Numbered from the whole stretch's first letter, positions 36,571-49,250 are shown. The stretch is 63,218 bases of DNA, filler included, from Lenisia limosa (GCA_001655205.1; 13 parts of 13 records of this genome joined end to end with filler, not necessarily neighbours in it), one strand, 5' to 3'. The notes: generated by a model from the letters alone, not told the origin. A program made the numbers and translations.

Positions 36571-38323
36571 ATGAAGGAAACAGAGATAGGGTCGACTAGA
36601 GGGGAGGGGGGGGGGGGNNNNNNNNNNNNNNNNNNNNNNNNNNNNNNNNNNNNNNNNNNNNTTAATTAATTAANNNNNNNNNNNNNNNNNNNNNNNNNNN
36701 NNNNNNNNNNNNNNNNNCTGGTAGGTAGGTGGGTGGTGGGTAGGTGGGGGTAGGGTGGGTGGTGAGCACAAGGTGTGAAGAAGGAAGAGTTTGAGTCAGG
36801 AATTGGAAAGGAAAGAAGAAAAACTGATATTCAATCACAGCTCCCCCTATCTTTAGGAACCCAGTCGGGTCGTCAAATCAGTCTTACGAAATTTCCTTCG
36901 GTTTACCCCCCCCCCNNNNNNNNNNNNNNNNNNNNNNNNNNNNNNNNNNNNNNNNNNNNNNNNNNNNNNNNNNNNNNNNNNNNNNNNNNNNNNNNNNNNN
37001 NNNNNNNNNNNNNTGATTTTCTAAAGCGCAAGTAAATATTTTTTGAATGTTACGAGAGCCCCTGTAAAAGGAAAAATATACAATATTTGACAGAGGATTC
37101 AAGCTTTTTTATTGTCCTCATCATTGACACTGTTGTACTTTTTGACAACTTCGGTTGCCCTGGCCTTGGCTTTCCGATTCACATGTCAGATTTTTATAAG
37201 GTCCTTTCAATACACCTCAAATTTCGGAAATGCCAAATCATCGAATGAAATTCATATCATCTGGAATGTAAAATGGACGTGTACACTACTGTCAATCACA
37301 CTATCTAGTTTTCTTTGCAAATTAACGAGGTCTTATGTTTACTGTTGGATTGTACTTTATTAACTATTATGAGATTCCCTGGCGCTCTTTAAAGCTGAGA
37401 TTTGGAAACACAAATGAATATTGTGCCCAAAACATCTTGTTCAAATGAGACCCCACCTCATACTCTACATATCATATTATAATTATTCTACTATATCCTG
37501 TAATAAAAAAAGCATATTGCGATACCCCCCCCCCAGAACACCATGAATGCTGATATATGAGAATAAAAGTACGAAATTAGACCTTGACAAGGAACGCCGT
37601 GTGCTGTCCACCACCCACAACCTAAAATATCAGCAGGTTGGGGGGGGGGGGGGGNNNNNNNNNNNNNNNNNNNNNNNNNNNNNNNNNNNNNNNNNNNNNN
37701 NNNNNNNNNNNNNNNNNNNNNNNNNNNNNNNNNNNNNACACACCAGAGTTGATAACAACAAAACATATTAAGCCCGGGCCTTCTGTGGCACCGCATTCCA
37801 TCCCTCAAGAGTTCCATCCCTCAAGAGTACGTAATTGAAACATTTACTTAACAAAAAAAAAACACAATATTATACTGTTGTAGCAACAGGGTTAACAAAG
37901 CACTGGCAATAAAGCTTAGAATATAAGGTAGACAGTTTGTTTTGTTTTTTGCCATAAATTCTCTTTTAAAACTAGGACACAATGCGTAAAGCCTCTATTA
38001 AACCTAAGATCATCAAGACGCAAGTCTATATTGAAAATAGGATTACACAAAAAAGACACCCTTGTTCCTTCCCTTCATTAAACCTTCCCAGCTTACCTCC
38101 TTTATAAACTAACGTCCTTCATTCACCCCAAAATACCCAATGCCCGAATATGCCCCAAACACCAAATAATGCCCCTCTCCTTGATTGACCTCCAGTTCCG
38201 CAACTTCATCCCCAAAGCCCCATCCATACCTCAATAATGCCGTTCCCTTTTAAAAACCAAAAATGCCCATACCTGAAGAACCTCGCGGCCGTCAATCTGC
38301 TTTCCTTGCATCTTTGAGGGTTT

Positions 38324-38373
38324 CTGGGGGTGGGGGGTAAATTGGAAAATTTATGAACAAAAATTACAAAAAA
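38324..38373 (-). repeat. Family-3 repeat, 3' part, running directly into an acceptor
   Basis: Reverse complement TTTTTGTTCATAAATTTTCCAATTTACCCCCCACCCCCAG. Confidence 0.6.
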
Positions 38374-39204
38374 ANNNNNNNNNNNNNNNNNNNNNNNNNN
38401 NNNNNNNNNNNNNNNNNNTTAATTAATTAANNNNNNNNNNNNNNNNNNNNNNNNNNNNNNNNNNNNNNNNNNNNCGGGGACTGATGCCGAATTAGTTTTT
38501 TTGAGAGTGTTTATGTGGGTGTTTCTCTTATTTATTTTTATTCCTCTTGTAATAATGGTGTTTTTTGTGTGTTTTTTCGTTTTGTAGTAATGTAAGTTAT
38601 TTTTTCGCATTTCAATTCAGTCTCTGTGTACAATAATGTAGGCACTTTTTTGAACAAAAATAATCAATTAAAATCAAAAAAAGGGTACAAATTATACTTC
38701 CCCGGTCCTAACGTGGACAACCCATACCACTTTCAAAATCCGCATTACATAACCTTACTGAACATGGAACTTGTCAACCCGCGCTGACTTGGTCCTACAT
38801 GGTATCGTTGCGATCAACATTGTACCTTGAAACCAATATTCATCTAATGCTTTCAGTCCCCCTTACCACCAACTTCCATGTCAAATAGAATCGGGTTATA
38901 GGTAGACTTCTGAAATCGCCGGAGGGCAGAAGCCCCACTGCAGTTGTGCAAGCGGCTGGGGAGTACGTGGTGCGAAGTGATCATTTATTTATTTTGTTTC
39001 CCGTAATGGGGTTCATGTTTCCTCTTGTGCATATTGTGTATGTAAGGGTGTGGTGTGTCCTCTTATGAGTGTTCTACACCACAGAGGCTGAGAAGCCTTG
39101 TGGTCGAGGTCCCCAGATATTCTACCAGAATGATATGTGATTATATTTGATCTTATCTTGTTTTCCACGCAGAGAGCTGCACACAGAGTTGTCAGGCAAA
39201 TAAT

Positions 39205-39280
39205 CCAATATCTCTAACAAGCGTGATGGTGTGGACAGCTTCGGCCAGATACTTCTTTATTTTTATTTTTCATTGCTATA
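39205..39280 (+). repeat. Family-2 dispersed repeat
   Basis: AATAATCCAATATCTCTAACAAGCGTGATGGTGTGGACAGCTTCGGCCAGATAC. Confidence 0.8.
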
Positions 39281-39286
39281 TATTCT

Positions 39287-39352
39287 GCCCCAATGATATG
39301 TGTTTGTTGATATGATTAGGCCCCAATGATATGTGTTTGTTGATATGATTAG
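39287..39352. repeat. 33-bp tandem duplication
   Basis: GCCCCAATGATATGTGTTTGTTGATATGATTAG x2, exact. Confidence 0.9.
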
Positions 39353-39354
39353 GA

Positions 39355-39428
39355 GGGCAATTAGTGGAAAATTTACGAAACAAAAAAAAAAACTCCAAAA
39401 TCAACTCTGTTGACCGAAAACACAGAGG
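39355..39428 (-). repeat. Family-3 repeat
   Basis: Reverse complement CCTCTGTGTTTTCGGTCAACAGAGTTGATTTTGGAGTTTTTTTTTTTGTTTCGTAAATTTTCCAC. Confidence 0.65.
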
Positions 39429-40410
39429 AACAAAACAAACAAAGCCCATGGTATCCTCTCACTCCAGCGTTCATTAGATTATGCGAATAGTAACAAAGGG
39501 GGTGAGGAGTGAATATTGAATAATGGTGGTGGGAGTGTGGGCAGGGGGAAAGGAGGCTATGTCTGGACAACAACATGATACAAATAAAACCTGAATGCTC
39601 TAAAAACCTAAAAAGCTGGGTGGCCAACTAATTACGGGTGTTCCTGGGGCAGTCCTAAGGAAGTAAGAAGGGAGAAATTTTGAAATATAATAATAGAGAA
39701 TAATAATATAGAATAATATGATAATAGAGAATAATATGATAATAAAGAATAATATGATAGAATAATAACAATATCATATAGAATAACATAATAACCGGTC
39801 ACTGTATATAACCCCCACCACCCTCTTTCATAATATCCTCCAATCCAGATACTCTTATTTTTAATTTCTCAAAATATAATATATCATATAGTATATAACC
39901 ACCACCACCCTCTTTCATAATATCATATATGACCCCCCCCCCCCTNNNNNNNNNNNNNNNNNNNNNNNNNNNNNNNNNNNNNNNNNNNNNNNNNNNNNNN
40001 NNNNNNNNNNNNNNNNNNNNNNNNNNNNNNNNNNNNNNNNNNNNNNNNNNNNNNNNNNNNNNNNNNNNNNNNNNNNNNNNNNNNNNNNNNNNNNNNNNNN
40101 NNNNNNNNNNNNNNNNNNNNNNNNNNNNNNNNNNNNNNNNNNNNNNNNNNNNNNNNNNNNNNNNNNNNNNNNNNNNNNNNNNNNNNATTTGTGTCCCTGA
40201 ATTGTTAAAAAAATAGATGAAATACAATGGATACGTAATTTTATTTGATTTGTGACCTATATCGTATTTTGCTTTGATTTGTGACCGATATGATTGATGA
40301 CCCTATAACGTAAGTATTAACTACAATAGGTAGACATTTGTGAGTATTATCAAAAGCCTCATATGTGCTGTAGTATGAGCCTAAAAAATAACATTAAAAA
40401 AGCTCTGGAG

Positions 40411-40511
40411 TGGGGCTTCACTTCGGTTTGATAAAACCTGGTAAAATATCGATATTTTTCGAAGATTTATCGAAAAATTCAGTCTTTGTTTCGAAATTAA
40501 GGGAAGCTCTA
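40411..40511. mobile_element. hAT-type MITE
   Basis: TGGGGCTTCACTTCGGTTTG...TTCGAAATTAAGGGAAGCTCTA. Confidence 0.75.
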
Positions 40512-40627
40512 CTAGGAGACAAAGGGCAACCCAGTATTGCGAACATTATTATTAGGGCTTCCCTACGGTCCCACATAAGACAGAATTTACTTGACCCCCC
40601 ACAAATTCTCTGCAGAAATAGCATTGA

Positions 40628-41778
40628 CCACTCGACTGGGGGTTACTCTCAATGATCTCAGCAGCCAGCTCGAGAGCGTAGAGCTTCTGGGACGGCGTCA
40701 ACTTCTAAAAGCGGTTATATTAAGACTGAGGGGGGGGGGGNNNNNNNNNNNNNNNNNNNNNNNNNNNNNNNNNNNNNNNNNNNNNNNNNNNNNNNNNNNN
40801 NNNNNNNNNNNNNNNNNNNNNNNNNNNNNNNNNNNNNNNNNNNNNNNNNNNNNNNNNNNNNNNNNNNNNNNNNNNNNNNNNNNNNNNNNNNNNNNNNNNN
40901 NNNNNNNNNNNNNNNNNNNNNNNNNNNTCCGAGCCTCTTCCGCGGCCACGTCCACGCTCAGTGGAATGCGCCACTTCTGGAGGGTTAATGACTCTTGGTT
41001 ATTTCTCGAAAAAACCTTGATAAATATCGATATTTTACCTTTTTCTTATCGGGGTAAGCCCTAGTTATATGGGATGCTCCAGCTTTCGCTATTACCCCCC
41101 CCCCCCACTTTCGAGTCGCTCAATGCCATCTGTTGCGTGGGGTCTTGAGGGGCACTCGAACTTACGGTGACCCTGGAACGGATAAGAATTTATGGGAGAA
41201 GGGATAAAATGAAACGATTTAAAATAAATCATCAGGATGACTTTATGGGAAGTAGCGATAAAAGTGAAAGAAGAAGAAAGAACACGACAAAAAGAAAGAA
41301 AGACAATAAAAAAGGAAAAGAAGAAAGAAATTAGATAAGATGATGTGTGAGGAAGTGGAGTTCAAAATATTCAAATCCACAGTTTTTATAAATAAAACAA
41401 TTGAACCTAGGGTATAGCTGTTGGGGGGAAGAGTGATTTTGAGCTTCACTTTCCGTTCTAAATATACTGAATTCTCGATAAATCTTCGAAAAATATCGAG
41501 GCGTTTCGGAATCGAAAGTAAAGCTCTAGTAATATTCCATTCAACATTCATTACAAAGAAGAAGAAGAAGACATAAAATAAAAAAAACAAGAATAAAAAA
41601 AGAAAGAAAAAACCAAGGATAAGGTTGTGTGTGTGTGTGTGGGGGGGGGAGAAGTGGGCTCAGAATGTAGAAAAAGAAAGATCAATAACAAGAAACAATA
41701 AAAGAGAAAAATCGGAGAAATTTTCAAAACACCGATCATACAGGTATACCTTCATAACAGCAACAGCAACAGCAATAG

Positions 41779-41811
<33 letters not shown>

Positions 41812-41875
41812 GCTGCAGCAACAACAACCCATACCTTCCCGGAGCAAATGAAGCACTCTGGGAGGTCTTTTTCTG
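40628..41875 (-). CDS. CCHC zinc-knuckle protein, partial
   Basis: Splicing GGGAAG|GT..CCAG|GGT joins DLPECFICSGK to GHRKFECPSRP, forming C-X2-C-X4-H-X4-C; later exon KLTPSQKLYALELAAEIIESNPQ. Confidence 0.7.
41439..41528. mobile_element. hAT-type MITE, diverged
   Basis: GAGCTTCACTTTCCGTTC...TCTCGATAAATCTTCGAAAAATATCGA...GAAAGTAAAGCTCTA. Confidence 0.65.
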
Positions 41876-42124
41876 CTGAACCCTAGGGAAGTATTAAAAA
41901 AGCTTGAAACACAAGAGGAAAGTTAAAAAGAGTTAAATACTCCAAAAGGTTGTATCAATTATAATATATTTATGTATAACTCCCCCCCTTTTTTTTTATA
42001 CACCCTTGCCCCATACCGGGGCGGNNNNNNNNNNNNNNNNNNNNNNNNNNNNNNNNNNNNNNNNNNNNTTAATTAATTAANNNNNNNNNNNNNNNNNNNN
42101 NNNNNNNNNNNNNNNNNNNNNNNN

Positions 42125-42175
42125 GTCAGCCAACAGAGTTGATTTTGGGGGTTTTTTTTTTTTCATAATTTGTCC
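42125..42175 (+). repeat. Family-3 repeat (5' end in gap)
   Basis: GTCAGCCAACAGAGTTGATTTTGGGGGTTTTTTTTTTTCATAATT, upstream of the acceptor at about 42236. Confidence 0.65.
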
Positions 42176-42236
42176 TATTTTTCTTCCCCTTACCCCATAT
42201 CTCCTTCTCTACTCCGTACTCCCTTCACCCAACAGG

Positions 42237-45200
42237 TCGCAGCAATTCCATGCTCCACAGCCACGAAGAGCACCCTCAAACTGGAAAACGCCGCAAAATG
42301 TTCAGAACACTAAGGTGTGTTGGTAAAGATGGGAGGATGTTTTAGCGTTGGTAAAGAGGGAGGTAGGAACTTATGCCGAATCTCTACCTCCTTCTGTTTC
42401 CTCTGGGATGCGGTGATGCAGAAGCGAGTTGCCTGTGTTTGTTTTTTTGTTGTTTTTGGTTTCAACCCTCGTGTGTTGCCAGCCAGTATATTTTTGGTTT
42501 GTTTGTTTGTTTTTGTTTCATAACTTTCTCATAACCCCTCTCACTCTCACTCACTCACTATATAGAACTATGGAATCTACAATCGTTCTCAGCCTCAAGG
42601 CCCCCCGTCATACTCCCAAACGTTGGTCCGGGTTTCATATCAAATACGTGGTATCTTATCTTGAGTTTACTTCACGTTGTCATTATAATTAGAGCTTCAC
42701 TTTCTTTTGCCTCATCATAATGAGTTTTCTTAATGGTTCAAAAAGACGGGTTTTTTGTGTTGCTTTTTTTTTTGAAACTGCAAGTGGCTCTTGAGTTGCT
42801 TTTGGGGTGGGGGTTTCAATACTTTANNNNNNNNNNNNNNNNNNNNNNNNNNNNNNNNNNNNNNNNNNNNNNNNNNNNNNNNNNNNNNNNNNNNNNNNNN
42901 NNNNNNNNNNNNNNNNNNNNNNNNNNNNNNNNNNNNNNNNNNNNNNNNNNNNNNNNNNNNNNNNNNNNNNNNNNNNNNNNNNNNNNNNNNNNNNNNNNNN
43001 NNNNNNNNNNNNNNNNNNNNNNNNNNNNNNNNNNNNNNNNNNNNNNNNNNNNNNNNNNNNNNNNNNNNNNNNNNTCCCTCCCAAGTCCAAATGATGGTGG
43101 GACAGGGCTGGCTTTCCTATGGGCCCTCTTTTCTCCATATCAGTGGAACAGGGGAGGGGGGTTGGCTTTTCTATATTTTTTTCTTTTGTTATTCCCATTT
43201 AGATATGGATGTATATTGGACAAAGGGTTGTAAATGAATAGAAGTTGTATCCAATGATACATAATAAGGTAGGTTTCGACATGATCTTTAAAGGACTGTG
43301 AAAACATCGATATTTATCCAGGATTAATCGCAAAATTCTTCTTTCTTTTTTTGAGCAGCTAATCTGATTTTAATCAGCACTACGACTATATTGAAGGTCT
43401 TGAGGCAAGTTCCAAAATATTGTGCTTTTATATGGATCAACATATCATTTATTGGGAGCCGTGTTTTGTTTTTGTACAGTTGTCAATCTGTGTACAGTTG
43501 TCAGACGAATGATTGGTTGAATACTATTTTACAATAATCCAGTATCTCTTCTTAGCGTGATGGTGTGAACGGCTTCGGCCAGATATAACCTTGTTTTATT
43601 TGTCATCTCTCAAGATACATACATTAAAGCTGCATGGTTTCAAGCCAGCAGCAACCAAGACTGGATTATTTTGCCGAGATATCCCATCCCAATCATAGTC
43701 AGCTTTTGCCATTTTGACCGCCCAGCCACGACCTCCTTCATCGCAGTTTGCACAGCCGCCGCCTCCGTCTTCTCAAACCGCTCAGAACCCCGGTAGCACC
43801 CCGAGATCATCGGTGAGTTCATAGAATGGGGTGATTGGGGATGGAATAATGGGGATAAATGGGGTGGAAGGATTCTTCATCCCATGTTTTAGTGTCATAT
43901 AATAATGAATATTATCAAATGAAATGTCATACATATTTCCAAAATTGATGGTGATTACGCTCTTCATACTACATCGAAAATACCAAGCTTCTTTCTATGG
44001 CTACCTAGGTCAACATGAGCTTTACTGCAAAACATCTTCAAATACTCCTTGACAGTGAGATCTCAACCATTGTTCTTCTTTTTGCTGATAGTAATCGACG
44101 CTGATATTATGATAATTCTCAACCTGAGTTTCGAATATCTACAAAGTGTGTCCAATGAGTCGACATGCTGCTGCTGCTCCCGTATTGTTAGGGCTTCACT
44201 TCGGTTTGAACAATCGAGCATTTATCGAGAATTTCAGTCTTTTTTAAACCGAAGTGAAGCTCTACTTATTTTCTTCTCTTTTCTACCAGATCATACATAC
44301 CATATCATATCATATGATATACATATACTATATCATATAGTATAGCAATGAGAAATAAACATAAAGATGTATCTAGCTGAAGCCGTCTACACCATCAGGC
44401 TTAATCATATATATGTAGTATATTACATAGATAATCTAGTAATTATATTTATTGTTTGTCACGATTACCTTTATGTTTGTCAAGATTACCTTAATGCCAG
44501 AGTTTGACTTATGTGTAGAATGGAGGCATGCTGTCCCAAGCTCAGTCTTTTTTTGATGACGACGAATCATCGGATGATGAGGAGAACGCCCAATTGGTTG
44601 GTTGGTGTTGAGGGATAGAATATTTATTTTTTTTGCTTGTTTTTTGATATTTTTGTTTTTCAAACACAAGGAATGGAGTAATAAGAGCTTCACTTTTGAT
44701 AACAAAAAGATCGGTAAAATATCGAGAATTTTTCGAGAACCGAACGTGAGGTTCTAAATATGTAAGATATGGTAGTAAAACATATTTCTTTTTAAAATCA
44801 ACAAAAACAACACTTCAGTGATATCTGACCATTTTCAGATTCTCCAGGACAGTGTGGCGCTCTATAAAGGTCAAGCGCAACAGGTTTGTAGAAATATGGA
44901 TGGTGGTGTGGGAATGGAGAGAGTGGGTAGAGGGACTGACCCGAACTACTATGGTATCTCGTACGCACCCCCCCTCCAGCTATACCATGACAGCAGGTTT
45001 TCTTACTATTATGCTTCAGATAAACTCGGAACATGAAGTCCATTACCAGCAGATAATCTTTAATTTCTTCAGGCAAACCAAATGCTTGCAAACCTAAAAA
45101 AGAGTCATGAAGAGGTAAGCCGATCACAACTGGACACTCTTTGTATTTTCGTGATATCGCCTGATATGTCTTCAGCACTTTCACATTGTAATATCCTTTT

Positions 45201-46548
45201 TATATCTATCGATGATCTCTGTTTAACCATGAGTGACGCGGAAGCTAAGCTTACATTTTAGCTTTACATTCGATCCACACGGCTGGACACGCAGTTGAAG
45301 CAAGAGAAGCAGAACTTCGACAAGCTTCTCATGGAAAAGGAATTGGTTGGTTTTTTAAAAGAACAAGAATGTTGGGTGTGTCACTTAATTAAAAGGAAAG
45401 ACAAATAAAAACAATACTCATTCATTCTCTATTTTGGGTCAGGTGATACCAAAACTTTCGATAATCCTCGATAATCCTCATAATTGTACGCAGATCTTCT
45501 CATTAAACAAACATTTTTATTATAACTCTTCTTTATACATTGTTTTTTAAAACGAACAAGGCATTTCAAGATTTTTCTTACAGCGTCAGTTTCACAAGAA
45601 CGCTCTGACTTCAGCGGAAGCAAAAAACAAATTCTTGGTGGGATTGAGTTTGGCACTGTGTCATCAGTGGTAATGATTTGGACTGACTACTGGGTGAACT
45701 TAATCCCTCAATATGTCCTCAACTTCAATTGATTATCGAGTGAAACGTTGATGGTATTGTATCTTGTGATGTTGCTTTGGTGGTTTTTGTTATGGTGCTG
45801 GTAAAGAGATAAAGTAGCGAATGACCAGGTTTTATATTATGTGTTCACAATGAAACAATATTCAATATAATGATGTGTGAATCTCAGTTCTGGAACTTGT
45901 CTTAAAAAGATATTGTTACCTACTGCCTTTTCAGAAGATGGGGGTAGTTCCTCTTACTGCCTCTATCCGAGTTGTAAGGCAAATGATTGGGTGAATTAAT
46001 ATGATAACAATAATTAATAAGCGTGATGGTGTGGTCAGATACAACCTTGTATTTCTAATCTCAATATTATACACTGACGACCGCGATAAGTCCTGATGTG
46101 GATATTGAAATTTATCTTTAATCAATCGTGCTAAGACTTCTTGAGGTCAGTGTATCAACCCGTTTCCAAATCAACTGCAGTATTTTCTCCCATAGCTAGT
46201 TTTTACCTTTGTTTTTTTTTTTTTTTTTTGTTTNNNNNNNNNNNNNNNNNNNNNNNNNNNNNNNNNNNNNNNNNNNNNNNNNNNNNNNNNNNNNNNNNNN
46301 NNNNNNNNNNNNNNNNNNNNNNNNNNNNNNNNNNNNNNNNNNNNNNNNNNNNNNNNNNNNNNNNNNNNNNNNNNNNNNNNNNNNNNNNNNNNNNNNNNNN
46401 NNNNNNNNNNNNNNNNNNNNNNNNNNNNNNNNNNNNNNNNNNNNNNNNNNNNNNNNNNNNNNTCAAAGATCTCGAGGATCAGCTCCAAGGACAAAAGGTT
46501 GCGGTCCCGCCTTCGCCGTCACACTCATCGCAACTCTTCGAAACGGAA
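42237..46548 (+). CDS. Unidentified Pro/Gln-rich + coiled-coil protein, partial
   Basis: Exons SQQFHAPQPRRAPSNWKTPQ, QPRPPSSQFAQPPPPSSQTAQNP, ILQDSVALYKGQAQQ, ANQMLANLKKSHEE|LYIRSTRLDTQLKQEKQNFDKLLMEKEL, KDLEDQLQGQKV. Confidence 0.5.
42461..42538 (+). repeat. Family-3 repeat filling most of an intron
   Basis: TCAACCCTCGTGTGTTGCCAGCCAG...TTTTGGTTTG...TTTCATAACTTTCTCATAACCCC. Confidence 0.65.
43538..43620 (+). repeat. Family-2 dispersed repeat, best copy
   Basis: CCAGTATCTCTTCTTAGCGTGATGGTGTGAACGGCTTCGGCCAGATATAACCTTGTTTTATTTGTCATCTC. Confidence 0.85.
44189..44264. mobile_element. hAT-type MITE, internally deleted, 7 nt behind a putative donor
   Basis: TAGGGCTTCACTTCGGTTTGAA...AAACCGAAGTGAAGCTCTA; flanks CGTATTGT / CTTATTTT (6/8). 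Confidence 0.8.
44345..44403 (-). repeat. Family-2 dispersed repeat
   Basis: Reverse complement TAAGCCTGATGGTGTAGACGGCTTCAGCTAGATACATCTTTATGTTTATTTCTCAT. Confidence 0.7.
44683..44756. mobile_element. hAT-type MITE, deleted and diverged
   Basis: AGAGCTTCACTTTTGATAACAAAAAGATCGGTAAAATATCGAGA...ACCGAACGTGAGGTTCTA. Confidence 0.6.
46015..46062 (+). repeat. Family-2 repeat lacking the hairpin
   Basis: TAAGCGTGATGGTGTGGTCAGATACAACCTTGTATTTCTAATCTC. Confidence 0.65.
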
Positions 46549-47074
46549 GTGAGATGGGCGTTCCTCTGGTTCAATATGTGCTTTTATCCCCTCAATATGG
46601 TGTGAATTTATTTCTTGTGTGTAAAAACCTGCTTTTTTTCAACCTCTTAATTTTAATATTTTACTGTTATATTTTCGTTCACTTGGTGAAGTTGATAAAT
46701 TAACTCCTATTAAGCTGAAACTGATACCTTTCATTTATAAACTCCTACGTACTTAAACTGATTCTCTTCATTTATAAACTCCTAGAAAGCTTAAACTGAT
46801 GCTCTTTNNNNNNNNNNNNNNNNNNNNNNNNNNNNNNNNNNNNNNNNNNNNNNNNNNNNNNNNNNNNNNNNNNNNNNNNNNNNNNNNNNNNNNNNNNNNN
46901 NNNNNNNNNNNNNNNNNNNNNNNNNNNNNNNNNNNNNNNNNNNNNNNNNNNNNNNNNNNNNNNNNNNNNNNNNNNNNNNNNNNNNNNNNNNNNNNNNNNN
47001 NNNNNNNNNNNNNNNTGCTCAACCTGAGTGTAAATTTTAAAGTAGAATTTTCCGAAATATTATATGTTTCCTCA

Positions 47075-47149
47075 GTCTGTTTCGGCCTGCTTTCGCCAAC
47101 AGAATTGATTTTGGGCTTTTTTGTGTCATAAATTTTCCAATTTACCCCC
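47075..47149 (+). repeat. Family-3 repeat
   Basis: TCTGTTTCGGCCTGCTTTCGCCAACAGAATTGATTTTGGGCTTTTTTGTGTCATAAATTTTCCAATTTACCCCC. Confidence 0.7.
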
Positions 47150-47409
47150 NNNNNNNNNNNNNNNNNNNNNNNNNNNNNNNNNNNNNNNNNNNNTTAATTA
47201 ATTAANNNNNNNNNNNNNNNNNNNNNNNNNNNNNNNNNNNNNNNNNNNNCAGTGGTATGCTTTGTATCTCAGTGTTTTACTGTTTGCAAAACCCAATGCT
47301 CTGGATAAAGCGAGAAGTGGCGCGCTTTCAGAGGCTCGCTTCATGCAACATCTAGCTGCATTATGTTGCAACATTTATTATCATAATGCGAAACAATGGT
47401 AGATGTCCC

Positions 47410-48290
47410 CGAAAAGACTGCACCCAAGGTTGTCACTATACCAAGGTGTACAAGAAGTCTGGGATCGCACCTCAACACATTACTCTTGTCGCCACCATCT
47501 CCTGAGAAACTCTTGTTCATAACCGTTCTCAGGAAGCAACCTTAACAATTGTGGACCCTGTATTCATTGTTGGTCAGAAAATCACCAAAGAAGAAGAAAA
47601 TATTCTGAAAAGCTATCTTTAATATTATGTTCTTAAGACCGTTCTTCACCAGCAGTACAGTTCACTCCTTCGGGAGTATCAATCTGATGACATCTCCAAT
47701 GCTACTACTAACCGCTGTTGTGCCATTCTCGCATGCTTGGAAGGATTGGCAGTCCCTACGACTCAACGCAAGATCAAAAAGGCGTTTGACCGTTCATCCA
47801 TCGTTGTTCCCATGTCTGACGAACCAAGCTTTTCTATTGATCCTTGGAAACTTGCAGAATCCGGATGATGCTTTCATGACCCCCGTTGAACCCCCTGCCA
47901 GATCTGCTCTCTACTCTTGCCAATTGAATACTCAAGAGATAATTGATATGATTCAAGCAGTCAAGAAGGATAATCTTTCAAGTGAGAAAACTGCTGAGGC
48001 TTGGGCAGTGTTGCCAAACATCGTGACCAAATTACCGAAAATGAAATTAAGTTCTTTGAAGATCCAGGTGTTTTACCATGGAACGACCTTGAATTTGTTG
48101 GAAAGACTCATTGAACTGGAAAGAAGAAGAGAAAGAGCATTGCTACATATTCTGCAGATCATTGGACTGAAGTATTGTTGGAAAATCGGAAGAAAGAAAT
48201 GGTAAGAATTAAGAAAGCTAATATCAAAGAAAAGAAAAGAAAACATGCAGAAGCAAGAAAAGGTATGTAAATATTTGGCAAAATTGGAAT
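47410..48290 (+). pseudogene. Probable decayed pogo/Fot1-like (DDE_1) transposase remnant
   Basis: Intronless, frameshifted segments APKVVT / KVYKKSGIAPQHITLVATIS / PVFIVGQK / TQRKIKKAFDRSSIVVP and a K/E/R-rich tail resemble pogo-family motifs (KV...G.K.V...SG...ITV..CISA.G; T..NI..GF...GI.P). The DDD triad was not seen. Confidence 0.42.
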
Positions 48291-49250
48291 GATTTTTCAG
48301 GAAAGGGTAAGGCCAAGGCTACGAAAAAGCCCTGTGAAGAAAAATGAAATATAAGTGTGTCATTAAATTTATGTCTTACTTTTGAAGAAAATCTCATTCT
48401 GAGTGTCTACATTTTTCGATTGCTTTTTTATGAGCTCTGATGTTTGTAATATTAGAATCTTTCTGAAAAATACAACTTGTGTTGCGAAGGGGAAGCATTA
48501 ACTCTCAGAAACAACATTTTTGAACTAGTTTTTTTTTGAAGAAAATAAAAAAAGTAGACAGTCATGTCCCTGGACACGGTCATGTCCCCCCCCCCCCACC
48601 ACCTATATCTAATTATATCATANNNNNNNNNNNNNNNNNNNNNNNNNNNNNNNNNNNNNNNNNNNNTTAATTAATTAANNNNNNNNNNNNNNNNNNNNNN
48701 NNNNNNNNNNNNNNNNNNNNNNATAGTATCAGGAAAGCTGCGTCACCCCCCACCGTCCCCGAGGCTTCTCAGGTGGGTGTTCATTAAGGATCCGAGAACT
48801 GATGTTCTGATGATCGTTTCTTGTTCACTCGTCTTCCACTGACTGTTTAGTCCGCTGCAAGACCAAGATGTACATGGGCTAAAAGGAACAGAGTGCAAAA
48901 TTTTATAATATGTTCCTGTTTTGGTAATTTCTGTGTTACTGGCTGTTGAGCTTTTTTTTTTTTTTTTTTTTTTTNNNNNNNNNNNNNNNNNNNNNNNNNN
49001 NNNNNNNNNNNNNNNNNNNNNNNNNNNNNNNNNNNNNNNNNNNNNNNNNNNNNNNNNNNNNNNNNNNNNNNNNNNNNNNNNNNNNNNNNNNNNNNNNNNN
49101 NNNNNNNNNNNNNNNNNNNNNNNNNNNNNNNNNNNNNNNNNNNNNNNNNNNNNNNNNNNNNNNNNNNNNNNNNNNNNNNNNNNNNNNNNNNNNNNNNNNN
49201 NNNNNNNNNNNNNNNNNNNNNNNNNNNNNNNNNNNNNNNNNNNNNNNNNN

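Noticed and set aside
36718-39210. Exon-like segments in two small contigs
   Set aside because: Several frames are equally open and no family is recognisable, so no gene call was made.
45191-45261. ATATCCTTTT plus TTTAACC suggesting a U12 AT-AC intron
   Set aside because: A plain GT-AG intron 45116-45261 joins KSHEE to LYIRSTRLD in frame; no AT-AC intron is needed.
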